Shown here piece after piece: positions 9,423-20,742 of a stretch of DNA of 48,573 bases. Made by a program: the position numbers and the translations under genes. Numbering within the stretch: position 1 is the stretch's first letter; every line of letters starts with the position of its first letter. The notes under the pieces were generated by a model, which was not told where the DNA came from, did no database searches, and worked only from the letters and a program-made list of their open reading frames with translations. This DNA is from Cytophagaceae bacterium (GTDB lineage: Bacteria; Bacteroidota; Bacteroidia; Cytophagales; Spirosomataceae): the NCBI GenBank assembly GCA_947450865.1, contig CANFWR010000001.1, forward strand, positions 1-48,573. The letters run 5' to 3'.

Positions 9423-10070
9423 TTAAGCGTCTTCTCCTTTTTCTTCAGTGGACTCCTCAGTTGCAGGTGCTTCTGGAGCAGCTTCTTCCGCTGCAACTTC
9501 TGCTGGTGCTTCTACTTCAGCTACTTCTGGTGCAGCCTCTTCAGCTACTACCTCCGCTGCCGGAGCTTCTTCAACAACTTCTGCAGATGGTACTTCTTCA
9601 GTCGCTACTGGAGCAGCTACTGGAGCCGCAGCTTCCGTTGCTTTTGCAGCGCCACCACGACGGCTACGACGAGTTTTACCCGCTTTCTCCGCTGATGCTG
9701 CTAACATTGTTTCGTTGAAGTCAACTAATTCAATGAAGCAGATTTCTGCGTTATCACCTAAACGATTACCTAACTTGATAATACGTGTATATCCACCTGG
9801 ACGATTCGCTACTTTCTCAGAAACGATAGAGAACAATTCTTTGATCGCATCCTTATTTTGTAAATAAGAGAATACCACACGACGATTGTTAGTGCTATCT
9901 GTTTTAGACTTTGTGATCATTGGCTCTACGTATTTACGTAATTCCTTTGCCTTAGCTACAGTCGTTTGAATACGCTTGTGTAAGATCAAAGATGACGCCA
10001 TGTTTGATAACAACGCTGCTCTGTGAGAGGCTGTTCTTCCTAGGTGATTAAATTTTTTACCGTGTCTCAT
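9423..10070 (-). CDS. rplQ: 50S ribosomal protein L17 with long Ala/Glu/Pro tail
   Basis: [22 protein letters not shown]. Confidence 0.98.
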   Translation of the reverse strand: MRHGKKFNHLGRTASHRAALLSNMASSLILHKRIQTTVAKAKELRKYVEPMITKSKTDSTNNRRVVFSYLQNKDAIKELFSIVSEKVANRPGGYTRIIKLGNRLGDNAEICFIELVDFNETMLAASAEKAGKTRRSRRGGAAKATEAAAPVAAPVATEEVPSAEVVEEAPAAEVVAEEAAPEVAEVEAPAEVAAEEAAPEAPATEESTEEKGEDA

Positions 10071-10157
10071 TGTGTTATTTCGTAAGTTAAAAGCTCTTGC
10101 GAGCTGCGGTTAGTTTACCTCGCGGCAAACCACCTATTACTTTGTTTAAATTATTAA

Positions 10158-11147
10158 TTAATCTTCGTCTAAACGATATTTAGAAACATCCATTCCAAAG
10201 GTCAAACCTTTTTCCTCGATCAATTGCTCTAATTCAGTTAATGATTTCTTTCCAAAATTACGGAACTTCATCATATCAGAGATTTCTAATTTCGCTAATT
10301 CACCTAAAGTACGAACGTCCGCTGATTTCAAGCAGTTGTAAGCACGTACAGATAAATCTAAGTCAGCTAATGAAGTCTTCAATAACTTGCGCATGTGAAG
10401 TAATTCCTCATCTACTACATTATCTTCTTCTGCTTTAGGAGTTTCAAATGTCATTGTTTGATCAGAGAACAACATAAAGTGTTGGATCAAGATATACGCT
10501 GCACCTTTCAATGCATCTTCTGGGTGGATAGAACCATCCGTCTCGATATCTAAAACTAATTTCTCATAATCTGTTTTTTGCTCTACACGTGTGTTCTCAA
10601 TGCTGAACTTAACATTTTTGATCGGAGTGTAGATCGCATCGATAGCAATGTGTCCGAATGGCAACTCGTTTGCACGAGGCTCATCAGCGGCAACATAACC
10701 ACGACCTTTTTCGATTACTAAATCAATTTCGATTTCTTTCGAAGAATCTAAATTGCAAATAACCAATTCAGGGTTTAAAATTTGAAAATACGGAGTAAAC
10801 TTCGCGATATCACCTGCAGTGATAGCTGTTTGTCCTTTGATTTTCATAGAAACTTTGTTATCCAAAATTTCTTGTGTCTTCTTGAAACGAATTTTTTTCA
10901 AGTTCAAGATGATCTCAGAGACATCTTCATGAACGCCTTCAATGGCAGAAAATTCGTGTAACACACCAGAAATCTTAACGCTTGTTATAGCATATCCTTC
11001 TAATGAAGAAAGTAAGATTCTACGAAGTGCGTTACCAATGGTAACACCGTAACCTTTTTCGAGTGGCTTGAACTCAAATAACCCGTGGAAGTCTGTGGCT
11101 TTTTCCATCACAACTTTTTCGGGCATTTGGAATGCTAATATTGACAT
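10158..11147 (-). CDS. rpoA: RNA polymerase subunit alpha
   Basis: [33 protein letters not shown]. Confidence 0.99.
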   Translation of the reverse strand: MSILAFQMPEKVVMEKATDFHGLFEFKPLEKGYGVTIGNALRRILLSSLEGYAITSVKISGVLHEFSAIEGVHEDVSEIILNLKKIRFKKTQEILDNKVSMKIKGQTAITAGDIAKFTPYFQILNPELVICNLDSSKEIEIDLVIEKGRGYVAADEPRANELPFGHIAIDAIYTPIKNVKFSIENTRVEQKTDYEKLVLDIETDGSIHPEDALKGAAYILIQHFMLFSDQTMTFETPKAEEDNVVDEELLHMRKLLKTSLADLDLSVRAYNCLKSADVRTLGELAKLEISDMMKFRNFGKKSLTELEQLIEEKGLTFGMDVSKYRLDED

Positions 11148-11221
11148 ATTTCGTAGCTTAAAATGATACTGAAAAAACGTTATTGGTACTCTTAATAAAC
11201 TCTAACAATCTCGTTAGGAGA

Positions 11222-11827
11222 TTACTTAGAGTATAATTCGACAATTGCTTGTTCGTTGAAGTTTTCAGGAATCTGATCTCTTTCTGGCATAGCAACAAAT
11301 TTACCTACCAATTCAACACCATCCCACTCTAACCAGTTGAAGTTCTTAGGAGAACGAGCTGCTAATGAGTTAGATACTACTTCTAGAGATTTTGATTTCG
11401 CACGAACACCTACTAATTGACCTGGACGTAGAGAGTAAGATGGCACATTTACTACTTCGCCGTCTACAATGATGTGTTTGTGAATAACTAATTGACGCGC
11501 TGCACGACGAGTAGGAGCAATTCCTAAACGGTATACTACGTTATCTAAACGAGCTTCACATAATTTGATCAAGTTTTCACCAGTGATCCCTGCCTTAACA
11601 GCAGCTTTGTGGAACAAGTTTTCGAATTGGCGCTCTAAAATACCATATGTGTATTTCATTTTTTGCTTTTCCTTCAGTTGCACTGCGTATTCAGAAACCT
11701 TTGAACGTTTTCCTTTACCGTGCATTCCTGGAGCATAGTTTTTACGAGCTAATGCTTTGCTCGGACCTAGAATTGCTTCACCGAAACGACGTGCAATCTT
11801 GGATTTGGGACCTGTGTATCTAGCCAT
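11222..11827 (-). CDS. rpsD: 30S ribosomal protein S4
   Basis: [24 protein letters not shown]. Confidence 0.99.
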   Translation of the reverse strand: MARYTGPKSKIARRFGEAILGPSKALARKNYAPGMHGKGKRSKVSEYAVQLKEKQKMKYTYGILERQFENLFHKAAVKAGITGENLIKLCEARLDNVVYRLGIAPTRRAARQLVIHKHIIVDGEVVNVPSYSLRPGQLVGVRAKSKSLEVVSNSLAARSPKNFNWLEWDGVELVGKFVAMPERDQIPENFNEQAIVELYSK

Positions 11828-11928
11828 TTTTTCTTAAAAGTCATTGGACCTCTTATGCCCAATGAAGTAATTAAATTGTGAATAAAAGCGGAGGAAAATA
11901 ATTACTAATTACCTCTGCATAAAAATTA

Positions 11929-12324
11929 TTAAACGCGACGACGCTTAGGAGGACGACATCCATTGTGAGGCATTGGCGTAATATCTTTGATGATAGAAAC
12001 TTCAATTCCTGAGTTTTGGATAGTACGGATAGCAGACTCACGTCCAGCTCCTGGTCCTTTTACGAAAACCTCCGCTTTCTTCATTCCTGCTTCAACAGCT
12101 ACCGCTGCACAGTTAGATGCTGCCATCTGAGCTGCGTAAGGTGTGTTTTTCTTAGACCCACGGAAACCCATCTTTCCTGCTGATGCCCAAGAGATCACTT
12201 GACCTGCTGAGTTAGTAATGGAGATAATAATGTTGTTAAAGGAAGCTTTGATGTGTACTTGTCCGTTTTGTTCCACGACAACTACTCTCTTCTTCGCTTT
12301 ATCTTTTCTTTTTGCTTGTGCCAT
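11929..12324 (-). CDS. rpsK: 30S ribosomal protein S11
   Basis: [21 protein letters not shown]. Confidence 0.99.
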   Translation of the reverse strand: MAQAKRKDKAKKRVVVVEQNGQVHIKASFNNIIISITNSAGQVISWASAGKMGFRGSKKNTPYAAQMAASNCAAVAVEAGMKKAEVFVKGPGAGRESAIRTIQNSGIEVSIIKDITPMPHNGCRPPKRRRV

Positions 12325-12364
12325 AATTTGAAATGAAATACGAAGAGGTGTTACCCTCTAGTTA

Positions 12365-12742
12365 TTATTTAGTTACTTTTTTCTTGTTAGCAACTGTTTT
12401 TCTACGACCCTTACGAGTACGTGAGTTGTTCTTAGTGCGTTGACCACGTAATGGAAGACCTTTACGGTGACGTAATCCACGGTAGCAACCAATGTCCATC
12501 AAACGCTTGATGTTTAATTGAACCTCAGATTTCAACTGACCTTCCGTTTTGAATTCAGCAGCGATGATCGCACGGATAGCGCTAGCCTCCGTATCGTTCC
12601 ACTCACCAGCTTTCTTGTCAAACGAAACCGCAGCTTTCGTTAAAATTTTTTGAGCAGTGCTACGACCAATACCGAAAATATAAGTCAATGCAATTTCTCC
12701 TCTTTTTTTGTCGGGAATATCAACCCCTGCAATACGAGCCAT
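12365..12742 (-). CDS. rpsM: 30S ribosomal protein S13
   Basis: [27 protein letters not shown]. Confidence 0.99.
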   Translation of the reverse strand: MARIAGVDIPDKKRGEIALTYIFGIGRSTAQKILTKAAVSFDKKAGEWNDTEASAIRAIIAAEFKTEGQLKSEVQLNIKRLMDIGCYRGLRHRKGLPLRGQRTKNNSRTRKGRRKTVANKKKVTK

Positions 12743-12788
12743 ATAGGTAATTAATTGTTGTTATTAATCAATTTAAAATTCTGTCGAA

Positions 12789-12905
12789 TTATCCTTGTCT
12801 TTGTTTGAACTTAGGATTCTTCTTGTTGATTACGTAAAGCTTTCCGTGACGACGGATTACTTTGCAATCTGCACTACGTTTCTTGATAGATGCTTTAACT
12901 TTCAT
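12789..12905 (-). CDS. rpmJ: 50S ribosomal protein L36, zinc-independent (type B)
   Basis: Hand translation [38 protein letters not shown]; not in the ORF track; canonical position between infA and rpsM. Confidence 0.97.
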   Translation of the reverse strand: MKVKASIKKRSADCKVIRRHGKLYVINKKNPKFKQRQG

Positions 12906-12936
12906 ATTAACTGTATTTATAAAATCAAACCTTAAA

Positions 12937-13155
12937 TTACTTGTATCTGTAAACAATTCTAGCCTTACTTAAATCATAAGGGGACATCTCTAACTTCACC
13001 TTATCTCCTGGTAAAATCTTGATGTAGTGCATCCGCATCTTGCCCGAAATATGTGCAATGACTTGGTGCGTATTTTCCAATTCTACCCGAAACATCGCGT
13101 TCGAAAGAGCTTCCAAAATAATTCCGTCTACTTCTATCGAGGACTGTTTGGCCAT
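12937..13155 (-). CDS. infA: Translation initiation factor IF-1
   Basis: [20 protein letters not shown]. Confidence 0.99.
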   Translation of the reverse strand: MAKQSSIEVDGIILEALSNAMFRVELENTHQVIAHISGKMRMHYIKILPGDKVKLEMSPYDLSKARIVYRYK

Positions 13156-13165
13156 AATTATTAAT

Positions 13166-13972
13166 TTATATATTCAACAATACTGTTGATGTTTTAATCA
13201 CTTCTTCAATCGGAGCAAAGGTCGTCAAAATGATGGGGCCTTCTTTCCCTACCGCAATCGTGTGTTCAAAGTGTGCACTCGGCTTGCGATCTTGTGTCCG
13301 GATAGTCCAACCATCCTTATCTACTGAGATTTGACGCTTGCCTAAGTTAATCATCGGTTCGATCGCAATGACCATTCCTTCTTTCAACTTAGCTCCTTCC
13401 CCGCGGCGACCATAATTAGGAACCTCTGGGCTTTCGTGAAGCTTCTTACCTACTCCGTGACCTACTAGCTCTCTCACCACACCGTAACCAAAAGATTCCG
13501 TGTAGGATTGAACGGCGAAACCAATATCGCCTACTCGTTTGCCTGGTGCGGCTTGATTCAAACCTAAATACAAGGACTCTTTCGTCCGTTGTAGTAATTG
13601 AACTACGTCCTCAGCGACATTCCCTATAGCATAGGTATAAGCACTATCGGCGTGGTAGCCATTTTTATAAACTCCTCCGTCTATCGAAATAATATCCCCT
13701 TCTTTCAGGATCAATTCCCCCGGTAAACCGTGAACCACTACATCATTCACCGAAATACACAAAGAATAGGCATATTTCTGGCTTCCTACTTGGTAGTTCA
13801 AAAAGGACGGATGCGCTGCATTATCCTTAATGTATTCGTAAGCGATTTTATCTAATGCCAAAGTACTGACTCCCGGCTGTATAGCCTTCGCAACTTCAGC
13901 GTGACATTTCCCTAGGATTTCGCCATTCTGTTGAATGATCGCTAATTCCGCGGGTGTCTTTAAATAAATCAT
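13166..13972 (-). CDS. map: Type I methionine aminopeptidase
   Basis: [27 protein letters not shown]. Confidence 0.97.
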   Translation of the reverse strand: MIYLKTPAELAIIQQNGEILGKCHAEVAKAIQPGVSTLALDKIAYEYIKDNAAHPSFLNYQVGSQKYAYSLCISVNDVVVHGLPGELILKEGDIISIDGGVYKNGYHADSAYTYAIGNVAEDVVQLLQRTKESLYLGLNQAAPGKRVGDIGFAVQSYTESFGYGVVRELVGHGVGKKLHESPEVPNYGRRGEGAKLKEGMVIAIEPMINLGKRQISVDKDGWTIRTQDRKPSAHFEHTIAVGKEGPIILTTFAPIEEVIKTSTVLLNI

Positions 13973-13973
13973 C

Positions 13974-15296
13974 TTAACGATTAATCAGCTCTGAGCGACC
14001 TTTCACTCGACCTGATTGCATTAAACCTTCATACTTACGCATCAACAAATAACTTTCTATTTGTTGCAATGTATCTAATACTACACCTACCAAGATTAAA
14101 AGAGATGTTCCTCCAAAGAAAGAAGCAAAACCTCTCGTCACGCCAAACAAGTTAGCAACCGCAGGAAGAATCGCGATTAACGATAACATCACTGCACCTG
14201 GTAAAGTAATACGATCTAAAATCGTTGCAATAAATCCAGCTGTCTCTTCACCTGGTTTCACTCCTGGAACAAAACCTCCACCACGCTTCATATCATCAGA
14301 GATTTGAGTCGGGTTAATCGAGATCGCTGTGTAGAAGAATGTGAATACAATGATTAAGAAAGCAAATAATAAATTGTATTGCCATGTCGTGAAATCACCG
14401 AAAGCAGACGCAACCGAAGAAGCGAATTCTGATTTTTCAGCAAACGATTGAGCTACTAATCCTGGGATAAACATCAAAGCCTGAGCAAAGATGATCGGCA
14501 TTACACCTGAAGCATTTAACTTCAAAGGAATGTATTGACGCTCACCACCTACTGCAGTTGCTTTGCTACCCACTACTTGTTTCGCATATTGAACAGGAAT
14601 ACGGCGAACTGCTTGAGTCACCATAATCGCTCCCATTACAACGAAGAACAAGGCAATAATTTCAATGATGAACATTAAAGCACCTGACATTCCTCGTGAA
14701 CCTGCTTCTTGTAAAATAGACGCTGGGAAACGAGAAACGATACCAATCATGATCAACATCGAGATACCGTTACCGATACCTTTATCTGTAATCTTCTCCC
14801 CTAACCACATACACAACATTGTACCACCAATTAAGATAGCCACGCCGTATAAGCGGAAGAACCAAGGATCTACCATAATCGCTTCAGATGGGATCGTTAC
14901 TTGTAGATAAGTAAAGGCCTGAGCAGCTGTAACGAAGATCGTTAAGATACGTGTGATTTGGTTTAACTTCTTACGACCTGACTCACCGTCTTTCTGCATT
15001 TTTTGGAAATACGGAAGGGCAATGGTCAATAACTGAATCGCAATGGAAGCAGAGATGTAAGGCATGATACCCAAAGCAAATACCGAAGCATTACTTAAAG
15101 CACCGCCTGAAAAGATATTTAATAAACCGAAAAGTCCACCTTCTCCTGTTTGAGTTAACTTAGTCGCATCTACACCTGGCAAAGCGATATAAGAACCTAA
15201 ACGGAAGAACGCAATGAAAAGAAGCGTATTAATAATACGGCTTCTTAACTCATCGATTGAGAAAATATGCTTGAAAGTTGTTATTAACTTGTTCAT
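13974..15296 (-). CDS. secY: Preprotein translocase subunit SecY
   Basis: LGIMPYISASI, WLGEKIT, GIGNGIS, FGGTSLLI. Confidence 0.99.
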   Translation of the reverse strand: MNKLITTFKHIFSIDELRSRIINTLLFIAFFRLGSYIALPGVDATKLTQTGEGGLFGLLNIFSGGALSNASVFALGIMPYISASIAIQLLTIALPYFQKMQKDGESGRKKLNQITRILTIFVTAAQAFTYLQVTIPSEAIMVDPWFFRLYGVAILIGGTMLCMWLGEKITDKGIGNGISMLIMIGIVSRFPASILQEAGSRGMSGALMFIIEIIALFFVVMGAIMVTQAVRRIPVQYAKQVVGSKATAVGGERQYIPLKLNASGVMPIIFAQALMFIPGLVAQSFAEKSEFASSVASAFGDFTTWQYNLLFAFLIIVFTFFYTAISINPTQISDDMKRGGGFVPGVKPGEETAGFIATILDRITLPGAVMLSLIAILPAVANLFGVTRGFASFFGGTSLLILVGVVLDTLQQIESYLLMRKYEGLMQSGRVKGRSELINR

Positions 15297-15313
15297 TCGA
15301 TTAGAATAGAGGA

Positions 15314-15760
15314 TTAACCAACAATTGCTTTACCACCAGCCGCTTCAATCGCAGCTTTAGCAGCACCTGAGAAACCTTTTACTGTCACTTCTAATGCTGA
15401 AGTAACGGCTCCACGAGATAAGATTTTCACTAAGTCAGACTTAGATACTAAACCATTCGTGTAAAGAGTTTCAAATGTAATCACCTTAGTTCCGATTGCA
15501 TCAGCTAAAGCTTGCAATGTATCCAAGTTAATCGCTTTGTATTCCACACGGTTGTGGTTTTTAAAACCAAACTTAGGAACACGACGTTGTAATGGCATTT
15601 GACCACCTTCAAAACCTCTCTTACGAGAATAACCTGAACGTGATTGAGCACCTTTGTGACCACGAGCAGAAGTTCCGCCTAAACCAGAACCTTGACCACG
15701 ACCAACTCTTTTTCTAACTTTTACTGAGCCTTCTGCAGGCTTTAATGACGATAATTTCAT
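15314..15760 (-). CDS. rplO: 50S ribosomal protein L15
   Basis: GFEGGQMPLQRRVPKFGF. Confidence 0.99.
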   Translation of the reverse strand: MKLSSLKPAEGSVKVRKRVGRGQGSGLGGTSARGHKGAQSRSGYSRKRGFEGGQMPLQRRVPKFGFKNHNRVEYKAINLDTLQALADAIGTKVITFETLYTNGLVSKSDLVKILSRGAVTSALEVTVKGFSGAAKAAIEAAGGKAIVG

Positions 15761-15806
15761 TCTAATTGGGGCTTAGCGCTGCTGTTTCCAGCAACTCGCA
15801 TGTTAA

Positions 15807-15986
15807 TTAAATATTTTCAACTACAATTAAGTGGTTTACGGCACGAATCATACCTGCAATCGCTGGATTCAATTCAACCTCAACACTCTTACGGATTTTA
15901 CCTAATCCTAAAGCTGCGATCGTACGTTTTTGTACTTCTGGGCGCTTAATTGCACTTTTAACTTGAGTAATTTTAACTTTAGACAT
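15807..15986 (-). CDS. rpmD: 50S ribosomal protein L30
   Basis: Hand translation MSKVKITQVKSAIKRPEVQKRTIAALGLGKIRKSVEVELNPAIAGMIRAVNHLIVVENI*; not in the ORF track. Confidence 0.97.
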   Translation of the reverse strand: MSKVKITQVKSAIKRPEVQKRTIAALGLGKIRKSVEVELNPAIAGMIRAVNHLIVVENI

Positions 15987-16020
15987 TGTATGTTCTATTA
16001 GAGAGGCTTACGCGCTCTGA

Positions 16021-16539
16021 TTATCCATTAAATACTTTAGCAACAGAGATTCCACGTTGGAAAGCTACTGAGTGCGGAGCTCTCATCTTAACTAATGCAT
16101 CGATGGTTGCCTTCACTACGTTGTGTGGGTTAGATGAACCTTTAGACTTAGCTAAGACATCATGCACACCTACTGATTCTAACACAGCACGCATCGCACC
16201 ACCGGCGATCAATCCTGTACCTGGTGCAGCTGGCTTGATTAAAACGAAACCACCAGAGAATTTACCTAATTGCTCGTGAGGAACGGTGTTCTTCAACAAA
16301 GGAATTTGGAATAAGTTTTTCTTAGCGTCTTCGATACCTTTAGTAATAGCATCTGTTACTTCGTTTGCTTTTCCTAAACCGTACCCTACGATACCAGCAC
16401 CGTCACCTACGACAACGATTGCTGAGAAACTAAAACGACGACCACCTTTAACTACTTTTGCAACACGGTTGATGGCTACTACTTTCTCCTTCAACTCACC
16501 TTCGTTAACCTTTATTGGTTTTGCTTGTAAATGCGACAT
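16021..16539 (-). CDS. rpsE: 30S ribosomal protein S5
   Basis: [22 protein letters not shown]. Confidence 0.99.
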   Translation of the reverse strand: MSHLQAKPIKVNEGELKEKVVAINRVAKVVKGGRRFSFSAIVVVGDGAGIVGYGLGKANEVTDAITKGIEDAKKNLFQIPLLKNTVPHEQLGKFSGGFVLIKPAAPGTGLIAGGAMRAVLESVGVHDVLAKSKGSSNPHNVVKATIDALVKMRAPHSVAFQRGISVAKVFNG

Positions 16540-16548
16540 ATCTATTTC

Positions 16549-16896
16549 TTAAAATTGTAAGCCACCCTCGCGAGCACCTTCAGCTAATGATTTAATTCTT
16601 CCGTGATACAAATAACCATTACGGTCAAAAACTACTTTTTCGATTCCAGCCGCTTTCGCTTTTGCAGCGATAGCTAAACCTACTGTCTTAGCAGCTTCAA
16701 TGTTGTTGTTCACTTTATCTTTCGTATAAGATGTAGCTGACATGATAGTCTTACCAGCTAAATCATCTACTAACTGTGCATATAATGCAGAATTAGAACG
16801 ATATACAGTTAAACGCGGACGTTCCGCTGTTCCTGCGATCTTAGCACGAATCGCACGTTTAATGCGGGTTCTGCGTAAATTTTTAATTGTTGCCAT
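16549..16896 (-). CDS. rplR: 50S ribosomal protein L18
   Basis: [21 protein letters not shown]. Confidence 0.99.
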   Translation of the reverse strand: MATIKNLRRTRIKRAIRAKIAGTAERPRLTVYRSNSALYAQLVDDLAGKTIMSATSYTKDKVNNNIEAAKTVGLAIAAKAKAAGIEKVVFDRNGYLYHGRIKSLAEGAREGGLQF

Positions 16897-16911
16897 TTGT
16901 TAACTTGTTTG

Positions 16912-16930
16912 TGTGGATTTCCGGCCCACG
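16912..16930 (-). promoter_or_regulatory. Hairpin upstream of rplR, near-identical to the one upstream of rplE
   Basis: TGTGGATTTCCGGCCCACG; 18/19 identical to 18907-18925. Confidence 0.55.
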
Positions 16931-16938
16931 CTTATAAT

Positions 16939-17496
16939 TTATTTTTTACCGCCCGCTTTACCAGCTTTACGACGTACTTGCTCTCCTAAGAAACGAACAC
17001 CTTTACCTTTGTATGGTTCAACTGGACGTAGAGACTTGATTTTCGCAGCTACTTGTCCGATTAATTGCTTATCGATTGACTTTAAAGTAACCATTGGATT
17101 CTTACCTTTCTCCATTGCAGTAACAATAGATACTTCAGCAGGAATTGCCATGAAAATCGCGTGAGAGTAACCCAAGCTTAATTCTAAAATATTTCCTTGA
17201 TTTGCGGCCTTGTAACCAACCCCGATGATTTCCAAATCTTTTTGGTAACCTTCACTCACACCCACGACCATGTTGTTGATCAATGAACGATATAAACCGT
17301 GCATCGCTTTGTGACGTTTTTGTTCTGTCGGACGAGCCACAGTTAAAACACCCTCTTCGATGGTAATGATCATATCTTGATCAACTTGTTGTGATAAGGT
17401 TCCTTTAGGACCTTTCACTGACACTAAATTACCAGCACTTACTTCTACAGTTACTCCTGCAGGGATGGTGATAATCTTCTTTCCAATTCTTGACAT
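16939..17496 (-). CDS. rplF: 50S ribosomal protein L6
   Basis: MSRIGKK, EPYKGKG. Confidence 0.99.
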   Translation of the reverse strand: MSRIGKKIITIPAGVTVEVSAGNLVSVKGPKGTLSQQVDQDMIITIEEGVLTVARPTEQKRHKAMHGLYRSLINNMVVGVSEGYQKDLEIIGVGYKAANQGNILELSLGYSHAIFMAIPAEVSIVTAMEKGKNPMVTLKSIDKQLIGQVAAKIKSLRPVEPYKGKGVRFLGEQVRRKAGKAGGKK

Positions 17497-17554
17497 TAGA
17501 CTTTAATTATAGCTTAAATTTCGAGATCGCTCCCCTTTCAGCGTGAAACAATTA

Positions 17555-17950
17555 TTAATATACGTAACAAAGTACTTCGCCACCTACGTGTAAAGTACGT
17601 GCTTCTTTATCTGTAATTACCCCCTTAGAAGTAGATAAGATAGCGATACCTAATCCGTTCAATACGCGTGGTAACTCTTCAGCACCATTGTATTTACGAA
17701 GACCTGGCTTAGAGATACGAGTCAAGTTAACGATAGCAGGTTGCTTCGTAACTGAATTGTATTTCAATGCAATTTTGATGGTTCCCTGTACGGATGAATC
17801 ATCGAATTTATAGTTTGAAATGTATCCTTTATCAAAAAGTACTTTCGTAATTTCCTTTTTAATGTTGGAAGCAGGAATTTCAACTACCCTATGGCGTGCC
17901 TTCAAGGCATTTCTCAATCGGGTTAAATAATCTGCTATTGGATCTGTCAT
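17555..17950 (-). CDS. rpsH: 30S ribosomal protein S8
   Basis: [28 protein letters not shown]; ATG at 17950. Confidence 0.99.
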   Translation of the reverse strand: MTDPIADYLTRLRNALKARHRVVEIPASNIKKEITKVLFDKGYISNYKFDDSSVQGTIKIALKYNSVTKQPAIVNLTRISKPGLRKYNGAEELPRVLNGLGIAILSTSKGVITDKEARTLHVGGEVLCYVY

Positions 17951-17989
17951 TGTTTTTAAATTTGCCGCAGGACTTTTAAAATGGGCCTG

Positions 17990-18021
17990 CAAAATTACAA
18001 AAATGAATTTAATTAATCAAA
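17990..18021 (-). promoter_or_regulatory. Bacteroidota housekeeping promoter inside the spc cluster, upstream of rpsH
   Basis: Minus strand TTTG (18021-18018), 20 nt, TAATTTTG (17997-17990): matches the -33/-7 consensus. Confidence 0.7.
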
Positions 18022-18026
18022 TAATA

Positions 18027-18296
18027 TTACCAGCTTGACTTAGTCACACCTGGAATCAAACCGTTGGATGCCATTTCACGGAACGTAACACGGCTAATAC
18101 CGAACTTACGCATATATCCACGAGGACGTCCTGTTAATTTACAACGGTTGTGTAAACGTACAGGAGATGCATTTTTTGGAAGTTTATCCAATCCAACGTA
18201 ATCTCCAGCTGCTTTTAAAGCTGCGCGCTTCACTGCATATTTTGCAACTGCTGCTTCGCGTTTTCTTTCTCTTGCTTTTACTGACTCTTTAGCCAT
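18027..18296 (-). CDS. rpsN: 30S ribosomal protein S14 (89 aa, zinc-independent type)
   Basis: [22 protein letters not shown]. Confidence 0.98.
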   Translation of the reverse strand: MAKESVKARERKREAAVAKYAVKRAALKAAGDYVGLDKLPKNASPVRLHNRCKLTGRPRGYMRKFGISRVTFREMASNGLIPGVTKSSW

Positions 18297-18339
18297 TTTG
18301 TAAAAATTTAAAGGTTTTTATGAAAGCCTTACGGGCTAT

Positions 18340-18894
18340 TTATTTTTTTTGATTTGAAAAAGGCATTCCAACCGCAGCTAATAAAGCATAAGCTTCTTCA
18401 TCTGTTCCGGCAGTCGTCACAAACGTGATGTCCATACCAGAGATCTTACTTACTTTATCGATTGAAATCTCAGGGAAGATGATTTGCTCTTTCACCCCTA
18501 AGGTATAGTTTCCACGACCATCAAATCCTTTTTCAGAGATTCCTTTAAAGTCACGAACACGTGCTAAAGAAACTGTTGTTAAACGATCTAAGAATTCGTA
18601 CATCTTATCTCCACGTAACGTTACTTTCACACCGATAGGCATGTCTTCACGTAACTTAAAGTTCGAGATAGCTTTCTTAGAGATCGTTGCTACCGCCTTT
18701 TGACCAGCGATTTGTGTGATTTCTTCGATAGCGATATCGATTAATTTCTTGTCCGACACTGCGGCTCCTACACCTTTGTTGATTACGATTTTAGTAATCT
18801 TAGGCACTTGCATGATAGACTTGTACTGAAACTTTTCTTTTAAGCTTGGTACAACCTCCTTAACAAAACGTTCTTTTAATCTAGGTACTGCCAT
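18340..18894 (-). CDS. rplE: 50S ribosomal protein L5
   Basis: [24 protein letters not shown]; ATG at 18894. Confidence 0.99.
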   Translation of the reverse strand: MAVPRLKERFVKEVVPSLKEKFQYKSIMQVPKITKIVINKGVGAAVSDKKLIDIAIEEITQIAGQKAVATISKKAISNFKLREDMPIGVKVTLRGDKMYEFLDRLTTVSLARVRDFKGISEKGFDGRGNYTLGVKEQIIFPEISIDKVSKISGMDITFVTTAGTDEEAYALLAAVGMPFSNQKK

Positions 18895-18906
18895 TGTAGT
18901 ATATTT

Positions 18907-18925
18907 TGTGGATTTCCGACCCACG
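18907..18925 (-). promoter_or_regulatory. Hairpin upstream of rplE
   Basis: Transcript GUGGGU-CGGAA-AUCCAC, 13 nt before the start codon. Confidence 0.55.
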
Positions 18926-18937
18926 GTTAAGTTCTAA

Positions 18938-19273
18938 TTATGCGATAAATTTACCAGTCGCTTTAGAATAGCGTTGTAATTTACCTTTCTCGTTCAATTT
19001 ACGACCTGTACGTACAGGCTTTCCGTTTTCTACTACCATAAGGTTAGAGATGTGGATTGAACCTTCACGCTTTTCGATTCCTCCTTGAGGATTAGCTGCA
19101 GATGGCTTAACGTGCTTTGTTTGCAAGTTAGCTCCTTCTACGATTGCACGAGATTTTTCAACGATCACTTGAGTGATAACTCCTGTTTTACCTTTCGCGT
19201 TACCTGCGATCACTTGAACAGTATCTCCTTTTTTAACGTGCAATTTTGCTGGTTTACTTGTATTTTTTTCCAT
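18938..19273 (-). CDS. rplX: 50S ribosomal protein L24
   Basis: KKGDTVQVIAG, IHISN. Confidence 0.99.
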   Translation of the reverse strand: MEKNTSKPAKLHVKKGDTVQVIAGNAKGKTGVITQVIVEKSRAIVEGANLQTKHVKPSAANPQGGIEKREGSIHISNLMVVENGKPVRTGRKLNEKGKLQRYSKATGKFIA

Positions 19274-19314
19274 TGTATGATTATTAAATTGGGTTCACCC
19301 AATATCTCATCTAA

Positions 19315-19683
19315 TTATAAAACTTCAGGGGCTAGGGAAACAATTTTCATGAATCCTGCATCACGCAACTCACGCGCAACTGGCCCGAAAATACGAGTTC
19401 CTCTCGGCTCATCATTTGCGTTTAATAAAACGGCTGCGTTATCTTCGAAACGAATATAAGAACCATCTTTACGACGAATTTCTTTCTTCACACGAACAAC
19501 TACTGCTCTTGAAACGGTTCCTTTCTTCATACTAGAAGAAGAAAGAGCTGACTTCACAGAAACGACAATTTTATCTCCAATAGAAGCGTATCTTTTGCCA
19601 GTACCGCCTAAAACGCGAATGACTAAAACTTCTTTTGCTCCAGAATTATCCGCTACACCCAATCTTGATTCTTGCTGTAACAT
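19315..19683 (-). CDS. rplN: 50S ribosomal protein L14
   Basis: [28 protein letters not shown]. Confidence 0.99.
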   Translation of the reverse strand: MLQQESRLGVADNSGAKEVLVIRVLGGTGKRYASIGDKIVVSVKSALSSSSMKKGTVSRAVVVRVKKEIRRKDGSYIRFEDNAAVLLNANDEPRGTRIFGPVARELRDAGFMKIVSLAPEVL

Positions 19684-19728
19684 TATATTTGATCTTTAAA
19701 TTTTAAATTTTGAATAACAATCTTAGAA

Positions 19729-19986
19729 TTATTTCGCTTTTGCGATTACTTCTAATAATCTCCAACACTTGTTTTTAGAAAGAGGACGAGTTTCCATCAC
19801 TTTCACTGTGTCACCGATTCCGCACTCGTTGTTCTCATCGTGTGCCATCAATTTTGTTGTTTTCTGTACGAACTTTCCGTACAATGGGTGCTTAACCTTA
19901 CGGTCAACGGTAATGGTGATAGATTTATCCATCTTGTTACTCACCACTTTCCCAATTCTTACTTTTCTCAGGTTTCTTTCTTCCAT
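19729..19986 (-). CDS. rpsQ: 30S ribosomal protein S17
   Basis: KMDKSI, HPLYGK, ETRPLSK. Confidence 0.99.
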   Translation of the reverse strand: MEERNLRKVRIGKVVSNKMDKSITITVDRKVKHPLYGKFVQKTTKLMAHDENNECGIGDTVKVMETRPLSKNKCWRLLEVIAKAK

Positions 19987-20054
19987 GGTTGTTGGATTAC
20001 TTGTTAAACAATTGGCCGATAGCGTATTTGAACCGGCCTATTAAAAATTAATAA

Positions 20055-20246
20055 TTAAGCTTTTGTTGCCGCGCTTAGAGCAGTTTCTAATTTCGCGATC
20101 AATTTACGGTTTTGACGAATGCGCATTGGATTCTCAATCGGTGAAATAGCGTGAGCTAATTTCAAACGAGAGATGTTCTCTTGCTCAGCAGCGATCTGCT
20201 TCTTTAATTCTTCAACTCCTAATTTTTGTATTTCTGCGTTTTTCAT
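20055..20246 (-). CDS. rpmC: 50S ribosomal protein L29
   Basis: ENPMRIR..RK.IA; canonical position. Confidence 0.95.
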   Translation of the reverse strand: MKNAEIQKLGVEELKKQIAAEQENISRLKLAHAISPIENPMRIRQNRKLIAKLETALSAATKA

Positions 20247-20287
20247 AACAATGTTATTTGGATGTATTAAACTGTGGGTTTAATATC

Positions 20288-20707
20288 CTATTCTGAATAA
20301 TCTCTACGAACAACAAACTTTGTACGCATTGGCAACTTTTGTGCTGCTAAACGTAAAGCCTCTTGAGCAACCGCCAAAGGTACACCTGACGATTCAAACA
20401 AGATAGTTCCTGGGCGAACATTAGCTACCCAATACTCAGGAGCACCTTTACCCTTACCCATACGAACCTCTGCAGGCTTCTTAGTGATAGGTTTGTCAGG
20501 GAAAACACGGATCCAAACTTGTCCTTCACGTTTCATAGCACGGGTTACCGAGATACGAGCTGCTTCAATTTGACGAGCGGTGATACGACCTGGCTCTAAA
20601 GATTTAATAGCGAATGATCCAAAATCAATCTCGTGGCCACGGGTTGCAACACCTCTTACGCGACCTTTTTGTTGCTTACGAAATTTCGTTCTTTTTGGTT
20701 GTAACAT
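20288..20707 (-). CDS. rplP: 50S ribosomal protein L16
   Basis: [18 protein letters not shown]. Confidence 0.99.
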   Translation of the reverse strand: MLQPKRTKFRKQQKGRVRGVATRGHEIDFGSFAIKSLEPGRITARQIEAARISVTRAMKREGQVWIRVFPDKPITKKPAEVRMGKGKGAPEYWVANVRPGTILFESSGVPLAVAQEALRLAAQKLPMRTKFVVRRDYSE

Positions 20708-20742
20708 CTTCTTATAAGTCTAATATCTAATTCAAATATATT

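Noticed and set aside
9390-9867. Plus-strand ORFs over rplQ
   Set aside because: Antisense shadows of the low-complexity L17 tail.
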